From contig CAVTRY010000007.1 in NCBI GenBank assembly GCA_963737265.1, positions 320,001 through 384,000 of the forward strand: a stretch of DNA of 64,000 nucleotides. Reading direction: 5' to 3'. The notes below the pieces were generated by a model. That model was not told the origin of the DNA and made no database searches. It worked only from the letters and a program-made list of their open reading frames with translations. The position numbers were made by a program, and so were the translations under genes. Within the stretch, counting starts at the first letter, position 1. Each line of letters opens with the position of its first letter. The DNA is from an uncultured delta proteobacterium (lineage in GTDB: Bacteria > Myxococcota_A > Polyangia > Fen-1088). Positions 24,236 through 34,808 of the stretch are shown in pieces.

Positions 24236-24703
24236 CTAGGGCTCGCGCGAACGAGACCGCACGAGCCGGGTGGCTTCGAGCGCGGGAAGCTGAGCGAGAT
24301 CCTTTGCACGTCGAGTGGCGCGCTTGCTGGCGATCACGCGATCGAGGGACAAGATTCGCACCTTCACGCCGTCGACCTCCCGCTCAAGTGCACCGGCGTA
24401 CTCTATCTCGAAGGGTTCCAGCCCGTGGGCCGTAAGAACGATATCAAGCCTGTCCAAGCCCACGCCCCCGAAGGCGGGCGGTTGCATCCCGAATCCGTTG
24501 ATCAAGAATCCGCCTGCATCGACTGCCGCCGACTTGACCGCTTCGCTTTTCCAGTCCTCGAACCACAAATCGATGTCTTGGGTCGCGAAGGGCGCGCCCT
24601 CGAGTACGGCAGCGCCCATCCCAACCAGAATGAACCTCACGTCCCTGTGCAACAGGGCCGCTAATAGCGCCCTTTCAGCGGGCGTGAGCGCGAAGGTTTC
24701 CAC
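24236..24703 (-). CDS. Nucleotidyltransferase-fold protein (toxin-antitoxin associated)
   Basis: FILVGMGAAVLEG, TQDIDL, IASKRATRRAKDL. Confidence 0.78.
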   Translation of the reverse strand: METFALTPAERALLAALLHRDVRFILVGMGAAVLEGAPFATQDIDLWFEDWKSEAVKSAAVDAGGFLINGFGMQPPAFGGVGLDRLDIVLTAHGLEPFEIEYAGALEREVDGVKVRILSLDRVIASKRATRRAKDLAQLPALEATRLVRSRSREP

Positions 24704-24920
24704 GAGCCAATCCCCTGCGCAGCCGCTCTGTCGGGGTCAAATCAAGGCACTGAAGTGCGTGGTAGACGTCACCAACGTCGACGCCGGGCGCGTCGCTAGC
24801 GATCTCGTGGGCACGGCGCCACATTGCCTCCGAGCGGAGTGCCCAAGCGCGCTGCTCTGCCGTGAGGCCGGCCGGCACCTCAAGGGAATCTGCAACGACA
24901 TCTGGCGTTACACCTGCCAT
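24675..24920 (-). CDS. Small partner protein of the nucleotidyltransferase
   Basis: Overlaps the NTase start; LDLTPTERLR motif. Confidence 0.55.
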   Translation of the reverse strand: MAGVTPDVVADSLEVPAGLTAEQRAWALRSEAMWRRAHEIASDAPGVDVGDVYHALQCLDLTPTERLRRGLARGNLRAHAR

Positions 24921-25095
24921 GGCAAGATTATGGCACGAATGCGGGCCAAGAGATCGTGGTTGGCCACGGGGCAATGGACACCACATCGGCCATCGAAATC
25001 TCGCCGAGTGGCAGCTACGAGCCAAACCCGGCGGCGTGGGCTAACCAATAGGCCCTCCCGCGCAGCTTCCGCTATCGACAGCATCGCCACGCGCC

Positions 25096-25284
25096 GAGGA
25101 ACAGATCGACTATGTGCAGGTTGTCTGGGACGTCATCGCGGCCCATACAGAGGATGTGCCCCTTCCAGGGTGGCATAGGGAAATTCTGAATGCACAGCTG
25201 GCGGAGTATGAGAGGGATCCGGACGAAGGCGCTTCGTGGGAAGAATTCAGGGCTGAGCTTCTGGCCGTAGCCAAGAAACGATGA
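25096..25284 (+). pseudogene. Addiction-module antitoxin remnant (TIGR02574-like); start not evident
   Basis: EEQIDYVQVVWDVIAAHTEDVPLPGWHREILNAQLAEYERDPDEGASWEEFRAELL. Confidence 0.72.
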
Positions 25285-25355
25285 CCAGTCTGATTGTTCG
25301 TCGGGCCGCGCAGCTCGATGTCCGTTCGATCTAGGAATGGTATGAGGTCGAGGAA
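25281..25355 (+). pseudogene. RelE/ParE toxin 5' remnant with internal stop
   Basis: ATGA overlap with the antitoxin; MTSLIVRRAAQLDVRSI*EWYE. Confidence 0.6.
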
Positions 25356-27428
25356 GTTGTCCCCGATCATGGTTAGCGCCGACGCGTTGTAAGTCCCGCC
25401 CCAGAGCTTGCCGGCCATCAAGAGCGCGTATGCCGCGTCTTCGTCGGCGTCCGTGGCCGAACCGCCAGAAACCGCGCAAGCTTGCCCGACGCTGCCACCG
25501 CCGCTGCCAAGACACCAGGTCATCAGCGACCCGGCCGTGGCATTCGCTTGCCACGTGCCGTAGAGAGTGTCGAAGAGTGCCTGGTCGTTCATGTTCACGG
25601 CGATGAGCATGCCGTAGGCGATACCCTCGGAAATCGTGTCGTTCTGGAACTCCGGACGAATGACTGTTGCGCCCTTGACGAAGGTGGCCTTCCATTGATT
25701 GTAGGCGGGCACCAAGTACTTCGCCGATGCGCTTGGCCCTTGGGGCAAAAGGCAGCCAACCACACCGACACCCGTGGACAATGGGAAGCCCGTTCGCGTC
25801 TGCAGGCCCGAATCGTCCGTCGTGAATGCCACGTCGTCGATCCACAGGTCATAGGTGCCGGGTGCCGATCCAGCCGGCTTCGGGAAGCCAGGATCTTGAT
25901 ACATAGAAACCTGGATTCCAAGAACGTGAGCCGGATTGAATGCCGGCGCCTGGCACTTCGGAGTTCCACCGGCCGGACAGGTTCCGGCGACCGGAACCCA
26001 ACGGGGTACCAAAGTTCCGAAGGGTACGGTGAGAGTCTGATAGGTGCTTGTGATTCCCCCCCGTGTCCAAGGATCATTCAGCATCTGGCCGCGGTTGTTG
26101 TAGAGGCCAACGGAAGAGTCAGGACCGCCTACTGGACCAAGAAGCCCGCCCTGGGCAGAGGAAATCGTTTCCTGAGTGAGGATCTCGAAATAGACCGCCT
26201 GCTGCGTGCCGCTGCCTGCTTTCATCCTGAACTTGATACCAGCGTACGCACTGGCGTCGTAGGCGTTCCAGCTCTGTTGCGTCTGATCTTTAGGCGAGAA
26301 ACCGGCACCGAATCCAACGTAGTTGTTGATCGTTCCTCCAAAACCAGATCCCGTCGAGTGGAGCGCATACTTGTTGCAAGTACTGGCGTCCGGCGCAGCC
26401 GCCGTCGCGACTGGACCGCTGTTGTTCGCTGCTGGCGTCTGTGTGCCACCGCCCAGCACGGCGCTGGGCGAGCCTGGGTAGTACACGTACCACCAGCCAG
26501 TCCGGGCGGGAGATCCCTGCGGATTCATGTCCGCTTGGCCGGGAGCTGATTCGAAATTGGAGATCATCGTCGGGTCGACAGGGCAGACAATGGTGGCGCC
26601 ACCGGTACCGGTGATCTCGCCGCCACTTGTCGTACCTCCGGTTGCCGTCGTTCCACCGCTAGCTGCTCCGCCAGTGCCCGCGGTGCCACCCATGTTAGTT
26701 GAGCCGCCGCTCGTTGTTCCGCCGCTGGTTGTTGAGGCACCAGTCCCGGTCGTGCCACCAGTGACTGCTCCGCCGCCCGCACTCGTTGTGCCACCGGCAA
26801 TCGTCCTACCGCCTGAAATCACCACGCCGCCTGCGCCCGCAGTGCCGCCTTTGGCGCTCGCGCCGCCGAGTAATGTCGTGCCACCTGACCCGGTCGCGCC
26901 GCCCGCGCCGAACGTTCCACCGCCACCTGGCGCCCCGCCTGCGCCCGTTACGCCGCCCGTGCCCATTACCCCGCCAGCTCCGGATTGGTTTTGGTCTTGG
27001 CCCGTGTCGGCGGTATAGGGCGCATCTGGAATTTGGGTCTGCGGAACATCGACTACCCCGTCGCTTGAAGGTGCGTCCGGATGGGCATTGCCGCTGACAT
27101 CGGAACTGCCGTCCCCTGCGCGAGCGACATCGGTGGTCGTCGGCGCATCGTTGCCACCGTCGCCAGCGAGAAGCGCCGCGATTACGTCCGAAGGGAGACT
27201 GGCCCCACAGCCCGTGCCCTTACAGCACACGCTGACCACTGGAGGCTGCGCAACAGTCTTCGGAAACTGGACCTGCTCGCAGGTGTAGCCAGATGGACAA
27301 TCAGCTTGTGTTTTGCAAATGATGTGGCCATTCGGCACGTTGGGCGAAAAGCTACAGGCGGCAAGAGTCCAGGCGAAGCTCGCGAACGCCAGCCGGCGAA
27401 CCTGAAATCTGGGCATGGTCATCCTCAT
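25356..27428 (-). pseudogene. Lipoprotein: Gly/Thr linker, carbohydrate-binding-like domain, 3'-truncated GH8 glycosidase
   Basis: Lipobox LAAC; GGTTG repeats; YDLWIDDVAF; GH8 motifs TISEGIAYGMLIAV and SATDADEDAAYALL; similarity stops near 25356 and the ORF runs on through antisense TA DNA. Confidence 0.75.
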
Positions 27429-27440
27429 CGGAAAGCGCGA

Positions 27441-28262
27441 CTAGAAAGCCATGTTCAGGCCGGCGCCCGCGCCGCTGGCCATGAATACGGGAAAGACATA
27501 CGTCGATGTTACCCGAGTTTTGTGCGCGGTGGACGTCGTTCCGATCCAGTACAGCACGCTGCCAGAGACAACCGCCGCTGCGCCCACACCGTACGAAATC
27601 CATTGCAGGGTCTCGTAGCGACGGCCGTCCGCGAGCTTTCCGCTGACCGCGGACGCCTGGACCACATCGTTCTTGGTTTGATTAGCGACGTCACTTGCCG
27701 TCTGCTTCACGAGCAGCGTGAACACGACCCCAGTGACCAAGGCCGCGCCCCCGAAAATGCCAACTCCGATTCCGGTATATCGCAAACCGCGTCCGGGCTG
27801 GAGCGGGATGGCTTGCGCGGAGGCGACGGGCACGGTTGTCGTCGCGTTTGACACGGCGCCGCCAGCCGGATGCTCCCGCTGCCGATCGCCTTCGATTTCA
27901 GCGATGTATTTCTTCGCGTCCTTGATATCTTCATCGAGCGCGCCTTGACCCTTGCGCAAAAATTCCTTGAATCTGGACAGGGCGAGGGCAGGCTGAGCGT
28001 TCTGGTGATAGCAGCGTCCCTGGTCGAAAATCCAGATTGGGTCGCCCGAAGCCAGATACAGCTCGGCCAATAGGCGAACGCCCTTCTGGACGTCGCCCGC
28101 CACACAATCTGCTTTCGCCTCGCCCACGCGTGGGTCCTGGCCCGCCTCCTCGGCCCGCGCGACACTCCCCGCAAGCAGGCAACAGACGAGCAGGCAACAT
28201 ACAAGCAAGCCAGGCACTTTCTGCATTCTCTTCCTCACCAGGGCCGGAATACTACCAGACAA
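27441..28262 (-). CDS. TPR-containing membrane protein (myxobacterial type)
   Basis: TPR-like WIFDQGRCY, two TM segments, terminal GLNMAF. Confidence 0.7.
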   Translation of the reverse strand: MSGSIPALVRKRMQKVPGLLVCCLLVCCLLAGSVARAEEAGQDPRVGEAKADCVAGDVQKGVRLLAELYLASGDPIWIFDQGRCYHQNAQPALALSRFKEFLRKGQGALDEDIKDAKKYIAEIEGDRQREHPAGGAVSNATTTVPVASAQAIPLQPGRGLRYTGIGVGIFGGAALVTGVVFTLLVKQTASDVANQTKNDVVQASAVSGKLADGRRYETLQWISYGVGAAAVVSGSVLYWIGTTSTAHKTRVTSTYVFPVFMASGAGAGLNMAF

Positions 28263-28409
28263 CCTATCGGCTGCCTACGACACCAGCATCCGGGTGCATC
28301 CGGGGCATCCGGGGGACATCCGAGGTCCGTTGCATGAACCGCGGTTTTGGATCCCTTTGCCGCCTCGTCCCGGGCTGAGAGGTCGCCTCGCGTAGCGAGG
28401 CGGGTGAAG

Positions 28410-28470
28410 GGCCATGCCGATCAAAACGCTTCGTGATGAACGCCGGCTCGCCGGAAGAGAGCGGAATCAA
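28410..28470 (-). pseudogene. Possible tiny HipA-like kinase remnant
   Basis: LIPLSSGEPAFITKRFDR resembles the HipA xxxKRFDR motif. Confidence 0.4.
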
Positions 28471-28559
28471 GCCTGCCTCCGCCGTGCGCAGGCCCGAAGC
28501 TCGCGGTGGTATTGTTTCCGCCGGTGGCGCAGGCGGGGCCGGCGGCGCGCTCGACGCCG

Positions 28560-29010
28560 CCCTGGGACGTCTCGCAGTTGCCGGGACTCTACCCGTGACA
28601 TTTCAATAACGGACGCCACAACGGACAGCGCGGCTGACGTGCCGTTGAACACCCCCGATGCAAGCGGCACATGCCCGACTGGACAGAAGGCGTGTACCTC
28701 ATCCGCCGGTACGAGGTGCATCGCGACGTCAGCCTGTTGCGTGAACGCCGATTGCCCCGGTACCTGCCAGACCTGCAACCCAATCCGCGCCTGTGTCGCG
28801 GCCGTCAGCCAGGACGACCCCAACGGCCGTTGCTCCGGAACCTGCGACACCACAGGCGCGTGCAGGAGCAAGAAAGGCCAGACCTGCCAGACCGTGGCCG
28901 CTGGCTGTGCAAGTGGCACGACATGCTCGGCAGACGGTATTGCTGCGACACCGCTTGCACGGGCTCGTGCCAAGCCTGCGATATCCCTGGCTACCTCGGT
29001 ATTTGTTCTG
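28560..29010 (+). pseudogene. Fragment of a Cys-rich myxobacterial surface protein
   Basis: CCVNADCPGTCQTC, DGYCCDTACTGSCQAC spread over frames; no proper start or end. Confidence 0.6.
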
Positions 29011-29232
29011 GCCTCGGCCGTAGCTGACCTCGTCGACGCCGATGATGCGAAACTTGCGATGGAAGCGGCGCTTGACCGCATCCTCGACCCATGACGGCCC
29101 CCGGAGCGGCGGCTACGCCGTTGCCTTCGCAATCACTCGAACGCGCGATGAGCCAATATATTGCTATCGGGCAAACAGACGAATACGCTGAACCCAGGGC
29201 GAGTAGCCAGCCCGGCGGCCAGCCCGTGGGGG

Positions 29233-29521
29233 CTACTCGATGAAATTGACGTCGTCGACCCAGATCTCGAAGTCGTTAGGTGTTGGTGCGCCACCGACGT
29301 ACGTCGCGTTTACTTGGATGGCCATTCCGGTCAGATGGGCCACATCCAAATTGGATGTCGTAAGGTCCGAAGCACCGTGAAAACCTAGGTTGTACTGGTC
29401 CTGGCGGGTGTCCGCGAAGAAAACGTCAAATCGCTTCCAAGTCGTGTCGATCTGGTAGGCGGCGCCCTGGTAGGCGGGGAAATGCGCGGCATCCGTGCCG
29501 AACTTGACCAGGTACTTGCGG
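29233..29521 (-). pseudogene. C-terminal fragment of a carbohydrate-binding-like protein
   Basis: Open frame with no start: TTWKRFDVFFAD...DFEIWVDDVNFIE*. Confidence 0.55.
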
Positions 29522-29699
29522 CCAAATCAAGTCGCTTCATCCTCGGCGCGAGCATCTTGCGGGCCCAAGCGAGATGACCGTGGGGAGGCCCGGTCGTCAA
29601 TCTCAGGATTCCAGAGCGAGCGTGCCGGGGTGTGATAGTAGACAAAGGTATGGCGCTCCCGGGCGCATGACGCAGTGGTGCGCGAACGAGTGGCTGGTT

Positions 29700-29965
29700 A
29701 CCACCAGCACGTCGGACGCTTGAGAAGTCGAATGCGCGGTAGACGGACGGCATCAACGGAGCGTAAACATAATGCCTCGTGAGAGCGTATGGCAAATGCT
29801 GAACAAAACTCGTTCAGGATCTCTCGGTTTGCGAGCCACGGGTAGATCGAAGGATTACACTGGGAAGAGTAGATTTCGCCAGGCAAGAGCTTGCATATCT
29901 CGCCGAAGACTTGTTCAGCGCCGCCATAAACTGCTAGCCAATCGCTCACCAGTGCGTAGCGCAGC
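29700..29965 (-). pseudogene. GT4 glycosyltransferase N-terminal remnant
   Basis: YALVSDWLAVYGGAEQV, then after a frameshift SFVQHLP...YAPLMP...FDFS. Confidence 0.65.
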
Positions 29966-30313
29966 GAAGGATTGAGCTTGCGCTCGCAAGTTTGAAGCGA
30001 AATTGCGGCGACATTGATCGGTGCGGTTTGCATGTTGCCGGCACTCCAAACATTGCTCGCGTGCCGTAGTTCATCTTACGGACGGAGGGAGTAACGGCAC
30101 ACTGGTATTAATCAGGGAATTCTCGATCCGAGGACTGAATCCAGTCCAATTACGCTTTCTTGGCTTGCCCAGAGCACCGCTGACGCTCGGGAAGCGGCTG
30201 GTAAGACAGCAGAAATACTAGATAGGTTCGCATCTGACTTGTTTGCCAAGCATTTCTAATGCAACAAGCCCGGTGCGAGGTCCGGCCCATGCCGATTTGG
30301 ACTCCTTTGAGGG

Positions 30314-30965
30314 TCAGGTGATCACTTGGCTGTACGCTTGTCGGCGCGCAATCATTTCCTGGTTGACCTGGTGGAGAGAGAAGCCAGGGTCTGATTGGCG
30401 GCTATGACCGGCGATCCTATATCGAAGATTACCGTCGTCGCGAGACCGTGGTGAAAAAGTGCAACTGGTTTTTGGGTGAACACCGAGACCATTCGCGGAG
30501 ATTGCGGGCCGGCTACGGGCCGGCTCACGGGCATGGACAACACCCCTATAGTCGCCGTGAATCGTTGTAATGTAGTAGCGGACCCCATACTCTTGCAAGA
30601 CCTTCCTCAGTGGGCGCTGTTGCTTGATGTTCTCAAGGAACGGTTTATCCATAACCAAACCTTCCAGTTGAATGAGTGGCGACTTGAGGAGGTAGCCGAC
30701 CGAGCCGGCTCGGTCCCCCATTGCGTACACGCCCGGGTGTGTTTCGGAAAAGCGAGCAATGTCGATAGAAGCATCCGAGATCTCGGGTACTTGGTGCCAA
30801 TCGCGTCTGATGCCGAAGACAAGACAGCATCCCGTGCACGCAACTGCGGAGAGAATGGTCGACCGATTAAGCCAGGCAAAAATCTTGAGATGCACATTCC
30901 AGAAGCAACTGCGAATTGTCCGGAATCAGTGGGTAGGAATACCAGCCCCATAGCGTCGATTCCAG
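30314..30965 (-). pseudogene. C-terminal part of a membrane (glycosyltransferase-like) protein, lower GC
   Basis: YAMGDRAGSVGY...IQLEGLVMD...YGVRYY. Confidence 0.45.
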
Positions 30966-31044
30966 TTGACCTTCGCTGAGTCTGAGCCGCCTTACCTCAG
31001 CCCTGCAGCACGACGCTCGACTCTGCGCCTTAACCTGGACGCCA

Positions 31045-31830
31045 TGAGTGATCGACGTTCAGGATCGGAGAGTGTGATGCGGGGCGTGTCCGGTCGGCCC
31101 CAGGTGGTGTGGCGGCTCCGGCGCTCGCCGTTGGTATGGGGAGCCTTGGGTTGGGTGGCCAAGATCTGCGTCGCAATGCTCGCCGTGGTCACCCTCTTCA
31201 CCCTGTTCTTCGTCTGGGCCTTCGGCCATCCGGTGGCGTGGAGCGTCGATCGGGTGCCTGTTCGGCGTGCTTCCCCTGGCCGGGCTCCTGCTCACCATCG
31301 GCGTCGGCCTGCGGGCGGCCGTGGCGGCCGGCCCGGGTCGGATCGCCATCCGGTTCCTCGGCCGGTGGCGCGTCATCGATCTCGGACAGGTGCGGGCCGT
31401 CCGGCTCGCCGACGGCGGATCGTTCCCGGGTTCGGTGGCATTCGGCGCACGAGGTGGGCGGCGGCTTCGGCGGGTTCGGGAGTTTTGGTGCGGGCGGTGG
31501 CTTCGGCGGACCGGGTGGACCCGGTGGACCGAGCGGTGCGGGAACGGGGCGGAGGCGGGCGCGTCGGCGGACGACTCGTGTTCGAGGACGTCAACGGTGG
31601 GCGCGTGCAGATCGGGGTCGACGCGCTCGATGCCGGGCTGGCGGCGGTCGTGCGCGAAGGGCTCGCTCCCGACGCGGTCATCGACGCCGGCGCGGCCATG
31701 CGCTCGGGCGCGGTCGACGATGCCGGTGCCGCACGCTGGAGGTTCCGGTACTGCAGGAGCGAGGATGCTCGATGTTGCGCCTGGACAACCCGGCGGTGCC
31801 GCCGGAACAGGAGAGCGGCCACCGGCCCTA
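31045..31830 (+). CDS. Hypothetical membrane protein (frameshifted)
   Basis: Hydrophobic segments, Gly-rich linker, high-GC3 codon usage. Confidence 0.4.
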
Positions 31831-31875
31831 ACCTTGGGCCCCATGGCTCCGACGATGCAACGGTCTCCGGACCGA

Positions 31876-33629
31876 ATGACGGCGCCGAACGAGGTGGGCC
31901 CGGACCAGGTGACCGGCAGGGCTCGGGACCGCACGGCATGAAGATCCGCAGCTTCGAGGTCACCGACGGGCCCACCCGTGCGCCGGCCCGGGCCATGCTG
32001 CGGGCCATCGGCATGACCGACGACGACTGGTCCAAGCCCCAGGTGGGGGTGGCGTCGTCGTGGAACGAGGTCACGCCGTGCAACATGCCGCTCGACCGGC
32101 TGGCCAAGCGGTCCAAGGACGGCGTGCGCGACGCCGGCGGGTTCCCGATCGAGTTCGTCACCATCGCCGTGTCGGACGGGATCTCCATGGGCCACGAGGG
32201 CATGCGGGCCTCGCTCGTGTCGCGCGAGGTCATCGCCGACTCGATCGAGACGGTGATGCACGCCGAGCGGTTCGACGCGCTGCTCACCTTCGCCGGGTGC
32301 GACAAGTCGCTGCCCGGGCATGCTCATGGCCGCGGCCCGCCTCAACCTGCCCGTCGGTGTTCCTCTACGGCGGGTCGATCCTGCCCGGGAAGATCCCGGG
32401 ACGGCCCGACGACCAGGCCCTCGACATCGTCAGCGTGTTCGAGGCCGTGGGCGCCCACGCCACGGGGTCGCTCTCCGACGAGGAGCTGTCGCTCATCGAG
32501 CACCACGCCTGTCCCACGGCGGGGTCGTGCGCGGGGATGTTCACCGCCAACACCATGGCGTCGGTGGCCGAGGCCATCGGCATGTCGCTCCCGGGCTCGG
32601 CCTCGCCCTCGGCGGTCGATCCCCGCCGCCAGGACTTCGCCTACGAGTCCGGCCGCGCCGTCATCGAGCTGCTCGGCCCGCGACATCCGGCCCCGCGACA
32701 TCATGACCAAGGAGGCCTTCGAGAACGCCATCGCCGTGGTGATGGCGCTCGGCGGCTCGACCAACGCCGTGCTGCACCTCCTCGCCATCGCCAACGAGGC
32801 GCGGGTCGAGCTCGCCCTCGACGACTTCAACCGGGTGGCGGCCCGCGTGCCGCACATCGCCGACACCAAGCCGCACGGCAAGTACCACATGGTGGACGTG
32901 GACGCGCGTGGGGGGCGTCCCCGTGGTGATGCGGGAGCTGCTCGACGCCGGGCTCCTGCACGGCGACTGCCTCACCGTGACCGGCAGCACCGTGGCCGAG
33001 AACCTCGCCGCCCTCGACCCGCCCTGCACCCGACGGCAAGGTCGTCCACCCCCTGTCCGACCCCGATCCACGCCGACGGGCGGCATCGCCGTGCTGCGGG
33101 GCTCGATGGCGCCCAACGGCGGAGTGGTCAAGGTGGCGGGCATCGACTCGCACCCGCTTCGAGGGCACGGCCCGGGTCTTCGACGGGGAGCAGGGCGCGC
33201 TCGAGGCCATCCTGGCCGGGCAGATCGAGCCCGGCACCGTGGTCGTGATCCGCTACGAAGGGCCCCAAGGGCGGGCCCGGGCATGCGCGAGATGCTGGCC
33301 GTGACCGGGGCCATGAAGGGGGCGGGCCGCGGTGGGGACTGCGCGCTCGGTGACCGACGGGCGGTTCTCGGGCGGCACCCACGGGTTCTGCGTCGGGCCA
33401 CGTGGCGCCCGAGGCGGTCGACGGCGGGCCGATCGCCTTCGTGGCCGACGGCGACCGCATCGTGATCGACGTCGCCACCAAGACCATCGACCTCGTCGTC
33501 GACGACGCCGAGCTGGCCCGCCGGCGCGCCCAGTGGAAGCTGCCCGAGCCCCGCTACACCAGCGGCGTGCTCGCCAAGTACGCCCGCCTCGTGACCGGTG
33601 CCGAGCGGGGAGCCGTCACCGAGCCCTGA
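31876..33629 (+). CDS. ilvD: Dihydroxy-acid dehydratase (multiple indels)
   Basis: [57 protein letters not shown]. Confidence 0.93.
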
Positions 33630-33676
33630 CGCGTGGCCGGGCGCCGGGCCCTGAGCCGCTCAGGCGTCGGGCTCCG

Positions 33677-34451
33677 TCAGGTGCGGGTGGCCCGCCAGCA
33701 GCTCGTGACGTAGGGGACCACGATGCGGCCCCGGCCCGCCACGGCGGGATGGCTGGCGACGAAGTCGCCCACCCGGGCCAGGACCGCGGCCCGCTCGGCA
33801 TCGGGCAGGACCTGCACCTGGCTGCGGGTGGCCACCAGGTCCACGATGTCGGTGGGCGCCAGCTCCTGGGACCACCGGAAGTCGCGCGCCGCGGTGGCGG
33901 TGAAGGGCGCCCCGGGCGGGAGCAGCACGTCGGCGGCGCGCCGGTGATGGACGTCGTCGCCCCCGAACACCGACCCGAGCTCCGCCATCCACGCCACCCG
34001 CTCGTCGCGCAGGTTCCACAGCAGCCCGAAGGTCCCGCCGGGGCGCAGCACCCGGGCCACCTCGGCCGTGGCCCGATCGAGGTCGACCCAGTGCCACATC
34101 TGGGCCCCGATCACGACGTCGACGTCACCGTCGTCGACGGGGAGCTCCTCGGCGCTCCCGGCGCGCACGTCGGCCCGCGGGCACCCGCGCCTCGAGCACG
34201 GCCCGCATGTTGGGGTCGGGCTCGACCGCCACGACGTCGAGCCCCCGGGCCACGAGATCCCTGGTCGAGCGCGCCCGTCCCCGCCCCGAGGTCCAGCACC
34301 CGGCGCCGCGCCCGCCCGGGCGATGCCTGGCGGCGCCGGCTTCCTCGAGCAGCCACGCCACGCCGTCGGGCGGGTACCCGGGCCGGACCCGGTCGTAGGT
34401 GGCGGCCACGGGCCCGAAGGACTTGGCGCGACGGGCGGTGAGCTCGTCCAT
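33677..34451 (-). CDS. Class I SAM-dependent methyltransferase (indels)
   Basis: YDRVRPGYP, VLDLGAGTG, AVEPD, ARVLRPGG. Confidence 0.85.
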
Positions 34452-34552
34452 GGCGCACAACCCTACGGGGGCGCGCCGTCACGTGCCCATTCCGGCGCCA
34501 TCGGAGGTGCGGGGGTTGCCGCGCGCCCGGCGCGTGCAAGACTGTGCGGACC

Positions 34553-34670
34553 ATGACCGGAGAGACCCGTCACGACCGACCGCCTTCTCGTAGTTCTCCG
34601 GTAGCGCACGTCGCCGCGACAGCGGTTCCGTGCGCCTTGCGACCTCCCCGACGGGAGGTCGTTTCATTTT
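34553..34670 (+). promoter_or_regulatory. ilvB leader peptide and attenuator
   Basis: ...DRLLVVLR* (stop 34602-34604); terminator GACCTCCC-CGAC-GGGAGGTC-GTTTCATTTT. Confidence 0.7.
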
Positions 34671-34808
34671 CCGGCCACGAGATCCCCCGACCGAGACCAT
34701 CCGCAGCACCCCGCTGCAGGCACCCTCACCGACCAGACCCTCACACACCCGACCAGCGAGCCCCCATCCCCATGACCATCCCCCGAGACCCCGACAGACA
34801 GGAACGCC

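Noticed and set aside
26560-27000. Repetitive DNA element
   Set aside because: It encodes an ordinary Gly/Thr-rich linker of the lipoprotein.
29200-29239. CGAGTAGCC...GGCTACTCG inverted repeat as a mobile-element end
   Set aside because: Only 9 bp, no TSD; more likely a leftover terminator-like hairpin of the gene fragment.
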